Below, piece by piece: positions 8,628 through 21,000 of a stretch of DNA of 64,000 bases; within the stretch, counting starts at the first letter, position 1; the number at the start of each line of letters is the position of its first letter. Under the pieces are notes generated by a model. The model saw nothing but the letters and a program-made list of their open reading frames with translations, was not told where the DNA came from and did not search any database. Source of the stretch: Patescibacteria group bacterium. Lineage in GTDB: Bacteria > Patescibacteriota > Patescibacteriia > UBA10025 > JAHIVO01. The stretch lies in the NCBI GenBank assembly GCA_041666685.1, contig JBAYGJ010000001.1:31749-95748 (forward strand), read 5' to 3'. Both the position numbers and the translations under genes were made by a program.

Positions 8628-9784
8628 TAGAGCCGATTGGTTGCGGAATTCAAATTGCTGTTTGTATTTGATGTATTGGTGTTATGGTTCGCGTTGATAT
8701 TGGTATTGGTATTTGTGTTCGTATTCCGATTTGTATTTATGTTGGTTGCCGTATTGGTATTCACCGGCACTACCCCGATCCTGAAACTGCGGTACATCGC
8801 CTGAAATACCGTTTTGTAATTTGCCTGAGCCAGAATATTAATGTTGTAATTAATAAGGTACACTCTGCTCCCGCTGACGAAATATGCCGTGAGTCCATCA
8901 ACGCTCAAAACTCCGGACAAAGTTTTATCCCAATTTGTAACACTCATAATTTTTGACGAGTCGATACCAGGCGACTGGGTGAGGTACCAGTCACGTGCGG
9001 ATAGCCCGGCGGGGTTCTCCTGCACGCTCACCTCGACAAACTCGCCGCTGGCCGTGAACATTTTCCCGCGGGTATTCTGTGGATCGTCTGATAACGCCCA
9101 ACTCGCAGGGTACAGTGTCGAATACCCGTATACACTGTCATAATACGTTTTTATGGCCGCATTTGCCTCGATTTTACCCGTCCCAGCCGGATTGTATCCC
9201 CCGCCGACCTCCAGGCCATCAGAATAACTGTCCCCATCCGTATCGGCTTTATTCGGGTTGGTGCTAAAAATCGTTTCCTCTACGTCAGTCAAACCGTCAC
9301 TGTCGCTGTCCTGGCTGGACACCACTGGAGTTATATTGGTATTTACCGACGTATTTGTGTTATTCACATTAAAAACTGGGAATAAATTCGTATTGCCGGA
9401 CATGTTCGCATTACTGTTCCCGTTGGTGTTTTTATTCGTATTGCCGGACATGTTCGCATTACTGTTCCCGTTGGTGTTTTTATTCGTATTCGAATTAGCA
9501 TTCTGGTTTCCGGCGATATTGCTGTTTGCGTTTTGGTTCGTGACAACGATATTTTGATTAGCATTCGTATTAGCTGATGGACCGAATTTTTTATAGGCAA
9601 AATAACCGGCCACCCCCAGAATCAGTACCACCACAATAATGATCAGCCACAAAAACAATCGGGAGCCGCCACCCGACGAACCGTGATCGTCAATGTGAAA
9701 CTTGGCCGGCATCGTGTACATCTTTACCGGTTTATTGGACATTTGGGAATTGGCAGTTGGAAGTGGCGGTGTTTCAAATGGCAT
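8627..9784 (-). CDS. Single-pass membrane-anchored surface protein with N/T-rich low-complexity regions, thrombospondin-type-3-like Ca-binding repeats and a C-terminal globular domain
   Basis: TM helix LFLWLIIIVVVLILGVAGYFAY. There are (N-x-N) repeats including a perfect 16-aa duplication. DSDSDGLTDVEE and DTDGDSYSDGLE are DxDxDG Ca-binding motifs. There is a GGGYNPAGTGK motif, and the NTNTN tail runs to the C-terminus. Confidence 0.5.
   Translation of the reverse strand: MPFETPPLPTANSQMSNKPVKMYTMPAKFHIDDHGSSGGGSRLFLWLIIIVVVLILGVAGYFAYKKFGPSANTNANQNIVVTNQNANSNIAGNQNANSNTNKNTNGNSNANMSGNTNKNTNGNSNANMSGNTNLFPVFNVNNTNTSVNTNITPVVSSQDSDSDGLTDVEETIFSTNPNKADTDGDSYSDGLEVGGGYNPAGTGKIEANAAIKTYYDSVYGYSTLYPASWALSDDPQNTRGKMFTASGEFVEVSVQENPAGLSARDWYLTQSPGIDSSKIMSVTNWDKTLSGVLSVDGLTAYFVSGSRVYLINYNINILAQANYKTVFQAMYRSFRIGVVPVNTNTATNINTNRNTNTNTNTNINANHNTNTSNTNSNLNSATNRL
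9385..9480. repeat. Perfect 2 x 48-bp tandem repeat inside the 8627..9784 CDS, encoding NKNTNGNSNANMSGNT twice
   Basis: The unit attcgtattgccggacatgttcgcattactgttcccgttggtgttttt occurs twice back-to-back with no mismatch. A degenerate third unit follows. Confidence 0.8.
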
Positions 9785-9796
9785 AGATAGAAATCC

Positions 9797-10438
9797 TTAT
9801 TGGTTCGTATTAGATAGCGTGTTTGTTAAATCATACAATTTCCCGGGGCCGACAGGACTGTACCCATTCTGGACTTCGACACCGTCATCCTTGGCGTCTC
9901 CGTCCGTATCTTTTTTCAACGGATCTGATTTATATACCTTTACTTCTTCCCGGTCAAAAAGTCCGTCGCCGTCAGAGTCAGCTTTCTGCACATCAGTACT
10001 GAGAGATTTTTCCTCTGTATCAGCTAGACCGTCGCCGTCAGTATCAATCAAAGCAGAATTTACCGCGGAAATATTTACCACAACCGGTACGGCATCACTA
10101 TTAACCCCCTGAACCGAATTAGTATTAGTCGTTACCGTATTCGTAGTTTCTTTTGTAAACAATCCGCTCCGCCATGCAGCCATCGCGCCAGCCGCACACA
10201 GTACGACTAACAGCGCTACCCCGGCAATCATGAACCGGCGATTTCCAAAAAACATGCCCCCCGAAGTGCCCGAAACCGCGCCATCCTCCCGCGCGACTGA
10301 TAGGGGCACCACTGGCGATTTAAGTACCGCCGGCCGAACAGCCCGCTTCTTACCCGACGCCGTAACTGCCTTTTTAGCTGCAGCACGGTCTGTTTCCTCA
10401 AAAATATCTTCAACATTTTGTTTCTGGTTTTTCGCCAT
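9797..10438 (-). CDS. Single-pass membrane-anchored surface protein with thrombospondin-type-3-like Ca-binding repeats (paralogous architecture to the 8627..9784 gene)
   Basis: Likely start MAKNQKQ. The ORF track extends it to 10483, overlapping the upstream gene. The TM helix is FMIAGVALLVVLCAAGAMAAW. DTDGDGLADTEE, DSDGDGLFDREE and DTDGDAKDDGVE are DxDxDG motifs. The protein ends with GYSPVGPGK. Confidence 0.5.
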   Translation of the reverse strand: MAKNQKQNVEDIFEETDRAAAKKAVTASGKKRAVRPAVLKSPVVPLSVAREDGAVSGTSGGMFFGNRRFMIAGVALLVVLCAAGAMAAWRSGLFTKETTNTVTTNTNSVQGVNSDAVPVVVNISAVNSALIDTDGDGLADTEEKSLSTDVQKADSDGDGLFDREEVKVYKSDPLKKDTDGDAKDDGVEVQNGYSPVGPGKLYDLTNTLSNTNQ

Positions 10439-10445
10439 ACAACTA

Positions 10446-12056
10446 TTATAATGCTGGTGAAGAGGTATCCTGCGCGATGTCAATCTGACACGAACAGTTC
10501 TGGCCAGTCACTGTCGTCACATTAATCGTTGTAATTGCGCTCGTGGTCGAAGACGTCGCATCATACGCAACTGCATACAACCCTTTCGGCGTTGTCGAAA
10601 TGATATCCGTACATACTTCATGCGTTCCTGTGGGGCAATCAAGTGCCGACAATTCAACTGCCCGGGCGGTTTTCACGAACGGTAGCCGCAGGCCAGACTT
10701 CACCATGGCATATGACTTAATCGGGCTTTGAAGGAAAGTCACCTGACTGACATTGAGAGTACCGGTGAATGTTACAGCTGGCGTTGAGGCGACCGTAGAA
10801 GCGAGAGGTCCGCCCCCACCGCTGCTAAATAGATCAACTTTTGTAAGCGCAACATCGTCGGTGGCAGAGATGCTGTAACTCAATGTGCCGGTGCTGGTAT
10901 AGTATGCGCCATTTGTGGGCTGGTTGATGGTCACCGTCGGGGCGCTTGGTGGTACAGTGACGTTGACTGTCCGTGTCGCCGTAGTAGTCAGTGATGCGCC
11001 ATTGTAGGCGATTGCTTTCAAGGTATGACTACCATTGGTGAGCGACCCCACGTTCAACACCCACGTATAATTATGGCTTCCTAACGGCTGGTCATAAATC
11101 TGGGTATCGCGCGGCATTGATTCCAAATCAAGGTAAAATTCTACTTTTATGATGGCGCTTTCGGGATCCGTCGCATTTGCCACCACAGAATAACTGGCCG
11201 TCGACAGCACAGTCCCATCAGTCGCCGGAGCAGTTATGGAAACCTCCGGTGCAGTTGTATCAGGCGTGGTATTGCTCACCGTAACAGTCACTGCCGTAGA
11301 GGTAGTCGAATTCCCTGCCGCATCCCTGGCGACCGCAGTGAGTGCGTGTGACCCAGATGCGGTTGCGGTCGTATCCCAGCTAACAGAATATGGCGCTGAA
11401 GCATCTTCCGCTCCAAGGTTTAAATTATCGATCTTGAATTGCACTCCGCTCACACCGACAGTGTCAGCCGCAGTTGCATTTATTGAAGTAGTCCCAGTGA
11501 CGCTTGCGCCGTTAGTCGGTACGGTGATTGAAACGGTAGGGGCAGTGGTATCGGAAGTAGTCGTATTGATATTAAAGTTGGCATTACTATTGCCCGTCCC
11601 GACTGTAATAGTCGCGGCCGCAGTTGATACAGTCGGATGACCCAGGGCATCTGCCAGTTGAATATCCACCAGATAGAGCCCATTCCCATTAGCTCCGGTA
11701 TTCCACGTGTTGGCATATACATCATCGCCCGCGGTACCGTCGCTGTGCTTACCGTCATCATACAGCTGTATGATGGCGATAGTCCCTCCGTTATCGCGCC
11801 GGATATTTGCCGTGGCCACACTGATGCCCGAAACGTCAGTGGTTTTTACTGAAATGACCACTGACCCCCCCAGTGCCACTGACGCAGGAGTGGCTGTCGT
11901 GCTTTCCAATGTCGGACCGGCTGTGGCGCCTGCGGTATTGCTGTATACTTCCCCGCTGGGCGTATTGGCCGCGCGGACAAATGTGATCCCCGCGACAGCA
12001 AATATTCCCGCCGCAAAAAGAATTATTAATAATTGTGAAATCTTTTTCATAATCAT
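10446..12056 (-). CDS. Secreted cell-surface protein with multiple bacterial Ig-like (Big-type) domains
   Basis: Signal peptide MIMKKISQLLIILFAAGIFAVAGITFVRA. It has repeated Ig-like modules (VSITVPTNGASVTGTTSINATAADTVGVSGVQFKIDN...HALTAVARDAAGNSTTS). This is the same domain type as the repeats in the giant protein upstream. Confidence 0.6.
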   Translation of the reverse strand: MIMKKISQLLIILFAAGIFAVAGITFVRAANTPSGEVYSNTAGATAGPTLESTTATPASVALGGSVVISVKTTDVSGISVATANIRRDNGGTIAIIQLYDDGKHSDGTAGDDVYANTWNTGANGNGLYLVDIQLADALGHPTVSTAAATITVGTGNSNANFNINTTTSDTTAPTVSITVPTNGASVTGTTSINATAADTVGVSGVQFKIDNLNLGAEDASAPYSVSWDTTATASGSHALTAVARDAAGNSTTSTAVTVTVSNTTPDTTAPEVSITAPATDGTVLSTASYSVVANATDPESAIIKVEFYLDLESMPRDTQIYDQPLGSHNYTWVLNVGSLTNGSHTLKAIAYNGASLTTTATRTVNVTVPPSAPTVTINQPTNGAYYTSTGTLSYSISATDDVALTKVDLFSSGGGGPLASTVASTPAVTFTGTLNVSQVTFLQSPIKSYAMVKSGLRLPFVKTARAVELSALDCPTGTHEVCTDIISTTPKGLYAVAYDATSSTTSAITTINVTTVTGQNCSCQIDIAQDTSSPAL

Positions 12057-12089
12057 GTATGGTTACGTATTAATTATTATAAATTTAAT

Positions 12090-15000
12090 CTACCTACAGG
12101 CATTCGCATCTTGGCATGGATCGGCGCCCCTGGTAATTGCTTCAACAATACGCTGAATGGCAGGAATCGGTCCTGTCGTCCCCCATGATGAGATATACCT
12201 ATGAATTCCGATCGGCAAACTCGCACCAGCATATAACGTCGTACCATCTGCATATAATGAATACACAGCCTGTTTTCCGGCAATTGTGGTAGATAGCCAC
12301 GTATTCCCGTTATCATTTGAACGGTATACGATGCCATTTGGAGTAGACCCGACAAATATCGCAGTCCCAAATCTTGCAATACTTAAATATGAATTTGCCC
12401 CACCGCTTGGATTACGGTCAGTCCACGTTGCCCCATTATTATTAGTGTAATGGACTAGGCCTAACGCTCCACTGGTCACAACATACAGAGTGCTATTTGC
12501 TTCATTATAATACATATCATTAATGGCCGATTCCGTAGCGGCAAACCTCCCTATATTCGTCCAGGTTACCCCGTCATCAGTTGATCGGAAAACTGCAGGC
12601 CCAGTTGCCGAGCCGGACGTACCGGCATACAAAGCACTCGGCGTGGCAATTAAACTCTCGATCCGCGGATCCGTCACAGAACCCGTCAAAGTCCATGTAT
12701 TTCCCGCACTGAGCGTTGAATACACCGCGCCTCCACCGCCTGCCGCAAAAACTTTTCCGCTCTTATAAGCCAATGGCGATATGGATATATTAAAAGCCGC
12801 GCTCCTGCTCCAGGACTCAGTTCCGCCGTCGCACGTCCTCCAAACATAACCCCGAATTGGACTGTATGCGTTGCCTGATACATACAGACAGGCACCGACA
12901 GGCTGGATATCTTCCAAATTTGTCTGTCCAGCGGGCTGATTTGTGGTCAGTACCCACGAAATTGCATTATTTATGGATTTATACACGACCGCTGCCATGG
13001 AAGTCGTGTTATTTCTGGCAGTAGCGAATAACGCTGTCGGACCGCTGTACGGAGGATTGACAGTGAGCCGAAGTGTTTGTGTATCTGATAGGCCGGTGGA
13101 GTCCGTCGAGGTAAGCGTGATATTATACGTCCCAGCCGTGGTCGGTGTGCCGGTAATACGGCTGCCGCTGAAACTGAGGCCGGCTGGTAGTGGTGCCGCA
13201 GTGAATGTGATCGGCGGCGTGCCACCCGAAGTGATAATCTGGTAGGAATAATAATCACCGACAGACGCGATGCCAGTCAACATACTGATAATCAAAGGGA
13301 CATTGGCCGAGCATTCCAAAGGACATAAATCATTGGACTCTGGCGGAGCGTCGCAGGTCCCGTTGGCATTGCAGATCGGCCGTCCGGGGATATTCTCCAG
13401 CTCAGAGGCATTCATCTGGACATCTCGTGCCTGGATATCCACCCACATCACCGTTTCCTGGTTTGATGTCCATGTCCCGCTGTATCGTCCGGATATATTA
13501 TCGCCGGAAATCCTGCCGAGCGGGATGGAAATGCGCGGAACTAAATCTGTTTCATCGGGATTTTGGACGAGTGCGACTGGAGGTGAGCTCGTATCGTCGA
13601 CGCCGTCAGTGTCGCTGATGTCGGCATAAAAAGTGAACACTGTCCCGACTGCGCCTGTTTCTGGAGTCATAAAGGCATTTTCAATAGTCGGGCCGCCGGG
13701 ACCGCGGACATTATAATTACGTTCAATACTGGTACTGCGGTTACCTCGCGCATCAAGCGCGTCCACCTGGAACGAATGCCAGCCGTCTGAAATCGCCCGG
13801 GTATCCACGACCCACTCTGTCGGCTGGCCTGCCAGGGCTGTCTTACGCAACACATGATCCAGGTAAAAATTTACCCGATTTATTCCATAATTATCCGTCG
13901 CCGTCACCCGGAGGGTAATGGACTGGTCAACAGAAGTCCCCTCATTGGGCGTCGGCGGAGCATCAAACACGACAGTCGGTGCCTGATCGTCGTCCTGAGC
14001 TACATCCACCGGTAAAAATATCGTCGAAGTGGTCACATTACTGGCATCATCAAAGGCATAGGTCGAAACCTGGTGTCCTGCACAGGTCAATCCCGGACTT
14101 AACAGCTGGCATTCGCTGGTCTCATTACATTGGGTCCCGCGCCCATTTGTGACCACGCATCGATCGCCCGACTGCGGACAATCACTGTCGCTGATACACG
14201 CCTGGCCACCGAGTTGGCACTGGCTGGCGCAGACCCCCCTGGACAGGCCGGCCGTACTCCAATTCCAGTCCCAGACGAATGCACACACGCCCGGCGCGCA
14301 GGTAGAATTGTCCGTACATAATGCGTTTGGCGCTACACTACAGTTGCCTTGGGCCCGACGGATACCGTCGCTTTTAAATAGCCCATCCACGTAAAACTTC
14401 ACCTGGTTGACCTGCTTATTGTCCGACGCCACTACCGGCACAGCCACTGTACCGCTCCGCAGACAGATCAGATTATCCGCTGGGGCATAACTGTCTTGGC
14501 ACACCGCGGCAGTATTCGATTGGTCACAGCTAACGTCAAAATTACAACGGGCACCATCAGGGCAGGTATGAACATAATCACATGCCACATCCGGATCGGC
14601 CGGATCTTCTTTCTGACACAACCCCTCGCCGCACCGGCCTTCAATATTATTGAAACTTACCTGTGGAGGAGTGGGATCAAGGTTATCGACATTTATCAGG
14701 ATGGACGTGGTCCCTGTGCGGCCGCCGCTGTCCCTGGCGATCGCAGAAATGGTGTATTGGCCATTGGCGACACGGGTGGAATCCCACGGCGGCGAATACG
14801 AACAACTCAGGGTCGTGCTGGCATTGCCGGAGCACGAATAGCTGTCCCCATTTGAGATATTAATCGTCACGTTATCGACCTGCCGGTTATCCGTAGCCAG
14901 GGCATTGATCTGCACTCCATAGCTGGTCGACGAACGGACACGCAATATCCTGTTACCGCTGTCTGTGATATACAAATAATTTCCGGATATGGCCACATCT

Positions 15001-18000
15001 TCCGGAGCAACAATATTTTCCAGATCCTGCGGTCCGGCATTATTTCCGAAAATAAAGATTTTCCTGGAAAGGTTGGTATCAAGAGCGGAAATGACATTCC
15101 CGGCGTTTTCCGTCACATACACCGTCGATCCGTCAACATGTATCCCGTCAGGGACGTTTAATTGGTTGGGACCATTGCCGTTTATGCCGGTGCCAAAAAC
15201 GGCGCCAGGCACCAGATTTAGGTTGGAGTCCAATTTGAACACCTGGCCGGTGTTCCGTTTGCTGACATACACGTTACCGGCGCTGTCTGTATCGATTCCG
15301 TTCACGCCGTCACTCCCAAAATCATAGTGATGCTCGATGGTATTTGTCACCGGATCGAAAATAACGACTGTCTGGAAATAAATAATTGCTGCAATTTTCC
15401 CGTCCGGGCGTCCGACGGAATGAGTTACGCCAAACTGCGGCAACGCCCCGCCGGTTTCATCCACAGCCCCGAGGTTATAGACCGCCTTTGGCGCCTGGAG
15501 AGGCGTCATGCTCGGATCAAACCTCAAAACCCGCCGGGTGCCCACAGGTGCCGGAGTATACGTTACCAACAGGTCGCCGTTTGAGTGATCCAGGCCGACA
15601 TGCCATGCTATCTGTGAAGAGGGCGATAATCCCAACGCATCAAAATCAAAAGTTCCTAAATCCACGCAACTATCCAGATTGCTGTTGCACCGGCGGAGAT
15701 GCGCCGGATCTTCCCAATAGGTCACATAATAAATATATCCATTGTTAGAAGCCTCAAGGCTATGAATGCCCGCAGTATCCACAGCCTTGTCCGGCAAAAA
15801 CGATATGGTACGGTTGGAAACGGTATCCCCGTCTTTTGGCGATGTAATGGTGACAAACGGATTGGTTGTATCCGGCTGGCCGCTATTGTCGATGCGAACC
15901 GCATATTCCTTGTCCGTCTGATTATCCGCATTATCAAACGCCCGGACCCGGACCGTATGGGCGCCGTCGGAGAACCTAGTTGTATTGAAATCCCAGCTCC
16001 AGATGGCGCTGTCCGTATCAGTAAACGTACGGATACCGTCAACATAATACTCTACCCGGTTTACGCCTGACCCAACGTCTGTCACCGTCGCATTCAGGAC
16101 ACGGGTTCCGCTCACCGCGGTTACGGCATTCTCAACCAGCAAATCGACATCCCCGATGACCGGGCCGACATGGTCAGCAGCTGAACCAGTGACATTATAT
16201 TCATAGTTAAAACACGGACACTGCGCTTCAGTCATACCGACACATTTATCTACTACCGGATCGGCGACCAGATACCACTCCCAATTACCCTCTGCATTAA
16301 CCAATAAATGAACATTTTCCAAATGAGCAAGCAGACTGGCCCGGCTGCCCGTGGCATTGCCCAAATATTGGTAGACAAACGAACCGCCCGGACACTGGTA
16401 TGTTTTTAGCGTTTCATTCCAGCAGGTATTCTGGTCATAGCCCGTGCCGCACAATGTCGGCGGATCCTCCACGATAAACTTATCGTACGGATCGCCCGGC
16501 AAATTGCCGCCGAGTGCCGCCCCAAGCGTCTCCTGCCAGGACGGCCATTTGGACGTGGAAAGCATCTTGACGTATGATCCGCCCTCAAGTTTCGGGAAGT
16601 AACCATTATCGGTGCGGTAGATCATCAGTTTCTCGTAGATGGACGACAGGTCATTGATCCGCCGCATATCGCGCTGGACCTGCTCCTTTTCGGTCTGTGT
16701 GATGTTGATGCTGAATTCCCAATTCTCAATCATCCGGTTGTAGATGCTGACTGTTTCGTCAGACGCGCCCTCGTTATATGAAATCAAATATATATTCGGA
16801 TACAGCCGGCCGAGATTGCCTGGATTCCAGGCGGCGACATACACGCTCCGTCCGGCCCGTACTGCGGCGTACCCATCCACTGTCAGATCCTGGGGTTGTG
16901 GCGCAGCCGGTCCAAACTGGCCATAGTACCAATCGTGGGGCGACTGGTTGCTTTCGTTCTCGTAGACCCGGATGCCGATAGCGTCGTCCGTATCCGCACG
17001 GGTGAAGAAAAATTCCCTGATCAGCTCGTTTTTCTTGTTGCCGAATTGATAGCTCCCCGCTTTGACAATCACGTCGCCAGTCGGCGCCAGTGATGGCAAG
17101 GCGCCGGGATCACGGCAGTACGAGATAGAAAAATTCGTGACAGTATCAGTATATGGGAACGTGTCTGCCGGCACAGAGAAGGGGTTCGGCCACGGGTGTT
17201 CGCACACATTGACCGTCACTCGAGCAGAAGATGTTTTTGTACCGGTGAAGAATTCCGGATCAAATGAGGCATTGACCGTCGTCCGGCCGTTCTTGTTCTG
17301 GGCCGTCAGCCATCTGGAAAAATCCCCCAATGGAGTCAGTTGGGCGATCGACGTATCGCCAATTGAAAAAGTAGCCGTCGAATTGACGGGATTATTATTT
17401 TTATCATATGGTATCGCCTCCACTATATGTTGGTTGCCATTAACAGCACCCAAGTCGTCACTGCAATCTGTCGGTGCGGTACACGTAAATATATCAGGTG
17501 GGTTATAAAATGGGGTATCAGCATTTACGAAAGTCCAGATAACGTGGTCAATCTGACAGATGGACGCCAACGGATCCACATCCCATTCAAATAACCGCCA
17601 GTTGTCCACAATGTTTGTCCAGGTGATGCCCCGCTCACTTTTTATAATATCGGTGCGCAAATTAATATCTATCGCCGTGCCAACATGCAGGGCCACAGTC
17701 GGCGAAACAATGAATCCGTTGATGATTTTCTTAACTGTAAACGCAACTGGCGCAAGGTTTTCGGTCAGGGTGACAGAGTCACCAACGACGACCGAAGTCA
17801 TGTCAATATCCTGGTCAAACTTGATGATAAACGAGTTATTCAAACAGATGAGCGGCGAGTCCGGCGGAACCACGTCAGGCTTGATGGAGACAAACTGCGG
17901 CCGGGCATAACAACAAGTACTCTTGCCGCACGCGATCGTCCCGGTCCCGTCCTCATCGCACTGGGCATCGCCGGTCGCGGTATCCTCATAATCACACCCG

Positions 18001-21000
18001 CAATATAATCCCCGATTGCCGCTGACGCATGCTCCCTGATCAGCAGTACACTTCAGGCCATTTTTATTGAGCTGTACCAGATTGGTCCCGTCACCGTTGA
18101 CATCCGTCGTGCAGCAGGTCAGGCAGGGCGAAGATGCTGGTGGCGGATATACCCGACTCATCACAAGAGGATCCCCCTGGCTATCCGGAGCTAAATGCCC
18201 GTCAGGATCAATGCATCGATACGAACTCGTACCTGAAACAGTCTTCCCTAGCTGACATAACGTCGCATCACGATGCTCCTGGTCATCCAATTTGCATGGA
18301 TCGCCTGGCCCACCTGAACTGCAGGCAGCGTTATCAGCCTGGCATTCGTGATCCAGGCAGCAGCCGGAACTGCATTCTCCGGGGTTATCGCAATAAATTC
18401 CGATATTAATGCCATTGGACGGGCAATACGCCCCAGTGCCATCGCCGACAGAAATCCTGGCCGGACCGGGGTCAGTGTTAACGGGGAGCGTTGCGTCAGA
18501 AAATGTTGTCCCGTCAGCGCTGGCAGTACCGTCCGGGGAATCAATATAACCCGCGCCCTGCGTAAACTCGGCTTTTACCGGTAGCGCGTCGTGTGTAGTC
18601 AGGTTGAACCCCATGAAATCCACCGGGCTGCCGATTCTTTGCACTAACGGAGTAATTGAACACAAACCCGGTACGGCGATATTATTGCATGTGTCATTGA
18701 TATCAAAAGTGATATTTTGGTGGCTGTCATCAATATTGCTCAGCCCGGCCGCAGTTCGGACTTCCACAGAATTCGTTCCCAGGCCGACAGTTTCAGGAAT
18801 GGTAGTGATGATCTGACTGTCCTTCCATGGAGCCGCGCAGAGGAACAACCCTTCATTCGCCACATCGAACAATACCTTGCTTGTGCCGGCCACATAACTC
18901 CCGAAATAGCACCCGTTAATGGTAATAGTCTGGCCGCGCGGACCGCCGGGGACAGGAGGAGGACTGATACTGTTGATCACCGGCGTGCACCGGTTTATAG
19001 TTAAATCGCACACACTGCCGACGCACTGCCCCTCTTTCGCACAATCAAAACCAACATCGCAATAATCCAGAATCACACTCAGTTTGGCCTGGCCGGTCTT
19101 CCCTGCCGTATCAGCCTGTATATATGTATAGCCCGGCGCGACGTCAGAAACGGCTGTCGCGGTTGCTTGGTACGGCGGCTGGGGAGGTGCTGACGCGACA
19201 GTCGCTATGGCCAAGACAGTAGATACCCAATTCCAGCTATAACTGGCCGGATTCATAAAAGTACAGTTAGGACCGAGCGGTACCGAGCTGTAATCCTGGG
19301 TGGCGCCGATAGTGGTCAGAATCCTATTTGACGGTGTCACCAGGACACGGCTAACTGGACAGGCGTCCGTACCTGTCTGCGTCTTCACAGTCCACGCATA
19401 ATCATTCACCATCTTCACATTCGTGATACTGCGGACTTCCTTGCTGATAGTCACTCTATAATAGTGGTCTGGGGTCAGGTCTGCTGTCGGTATCATCCGG
19501 AAACTCGTCTTCCCTGCATCATCGGAGGCAGAAAAATTTACATCTGGTGGGGTGATATCAACCGGTACCGGGTTCGTGCAGGTACTATCATTGGCGCAGT
19601 CATACAGGCCAATAGTGCTGCTATCCAATGTCGCGTGGTTCATCAACGTGGTAAATGTCGCGCCGAATACCGCATTCAGGCAGACATTTGTCGTGCCCTT
19701 ATACGGGTTTGGCGACGGGATGGTGTCAGGCAAGCACGCGCCACCGTCACAGTCAGTAGGATCATTGCAACTATCACCGGCATTGGCCGAGGCTGCATCG
19801 CATGTGAAACTGCAGGCTGTAGTTTCATATACTTTCGGCACACCGCCGCACGGTACTTCAAAAGGCAGGGCATTGCTCCCCCCGTTCACGTTTCGGGCAC
19901 TAACCTTATATGGGTTCTCGGCATTATCAAGATCGGGCGTTGTCACTGTGATCTGGCCATCTGTCCAGTTCGCAAGTGGCGGCACTACTGAAACTGGAAG
20001 ATCAAGTCCCAGAACAAAATTCACGCTACGGTCAGCGGGCGGGTCGAATGTCTCGCCAGTCAATGTCAGCCCCACGCCTTGGACGCCGCATACCGGCTGG
20101 ACCTGGCACAATCCCGGACCGGCCGCCTCATTGGTATAAACAAATGTAACAATATTGCTTCGTGTCCCGTCTGATTTGACCAACTGAACGCCAACCTGAC
20201 TGTTTGCTGGGCAATTAGACCACTTCCCTTCTGGTGCTGTGGCGGGATCGCAAACAGTGGCAATGAGTGAGAGGTCAGGCACTTTTACAATTGCCGATGT
20301 ATTGGTCCAGGTGGCATCACAGGGCGGGTCGGGGGGGGCTGCAGCTAATATTTCATCTCCATTCGACATATCACGGAAAAAAACCTGCCCGGCAATGCAG
20401 TCGTCCGGATCAACACAGAATCCGGCATTTGAATCGTTGCGTTTGATTACCGAAACATACTGGCCAATGCCGCCATGCGGCTGGTCATTAAGCCCGGACA
20501 CTTCGCCGATCTGCGGACTGGTCACGTCGAAATCTGACGCGTTGCTGTCGGTGACACAGCGCCCGCCGGGACAATCCGCCGCTTCATTCAGTTTGGTACA
20601 TGTCCGATTGTCGTTAACGCCGCCTTCGCATACGCCCGGATCGATCGTGACTTTCACGCCGCCGTCTTTTGCGCCATTGGACGGGATGATGCCGCCGATA
20701 TTCACCGGTCCACCAGGCACCCTGGTCTGAATAGCGGTCCCGTTCCACGAGACGTTGCAATTCTGGCTTGGCCAGTTCGCAACACTAAAACAATTCCCGC
20801 TGTCGAGCACGCCGTTATTGAACGCCACATCGCCGCCAATCCCGAAATTAGTGCCATTAATCTGTATCGCCGGGTCAGCCGGGGTGCTGTACCGTCCAAA
20901 ACTCGGGACAATATCAACTATCTCGGGAATACATCGCGTATTGGTTGAATCTGTATCAGCGGTAAAATTCCACGGTTCAGTGGGGAAGGTGGGGTTAGTG

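Noticed and set aside
8684-9600. N/T-rich nucleotide repeats (AAT/AAC/ACN-rich runs) considered as a possible CRISPR or other interspersed repeat array
   Set aside because: They are in-frame coding low-complexity (poly-Asn/Thr) segments of surface proteins. There are no regularly spaced direct repeats with unique spacers and no cas genes.
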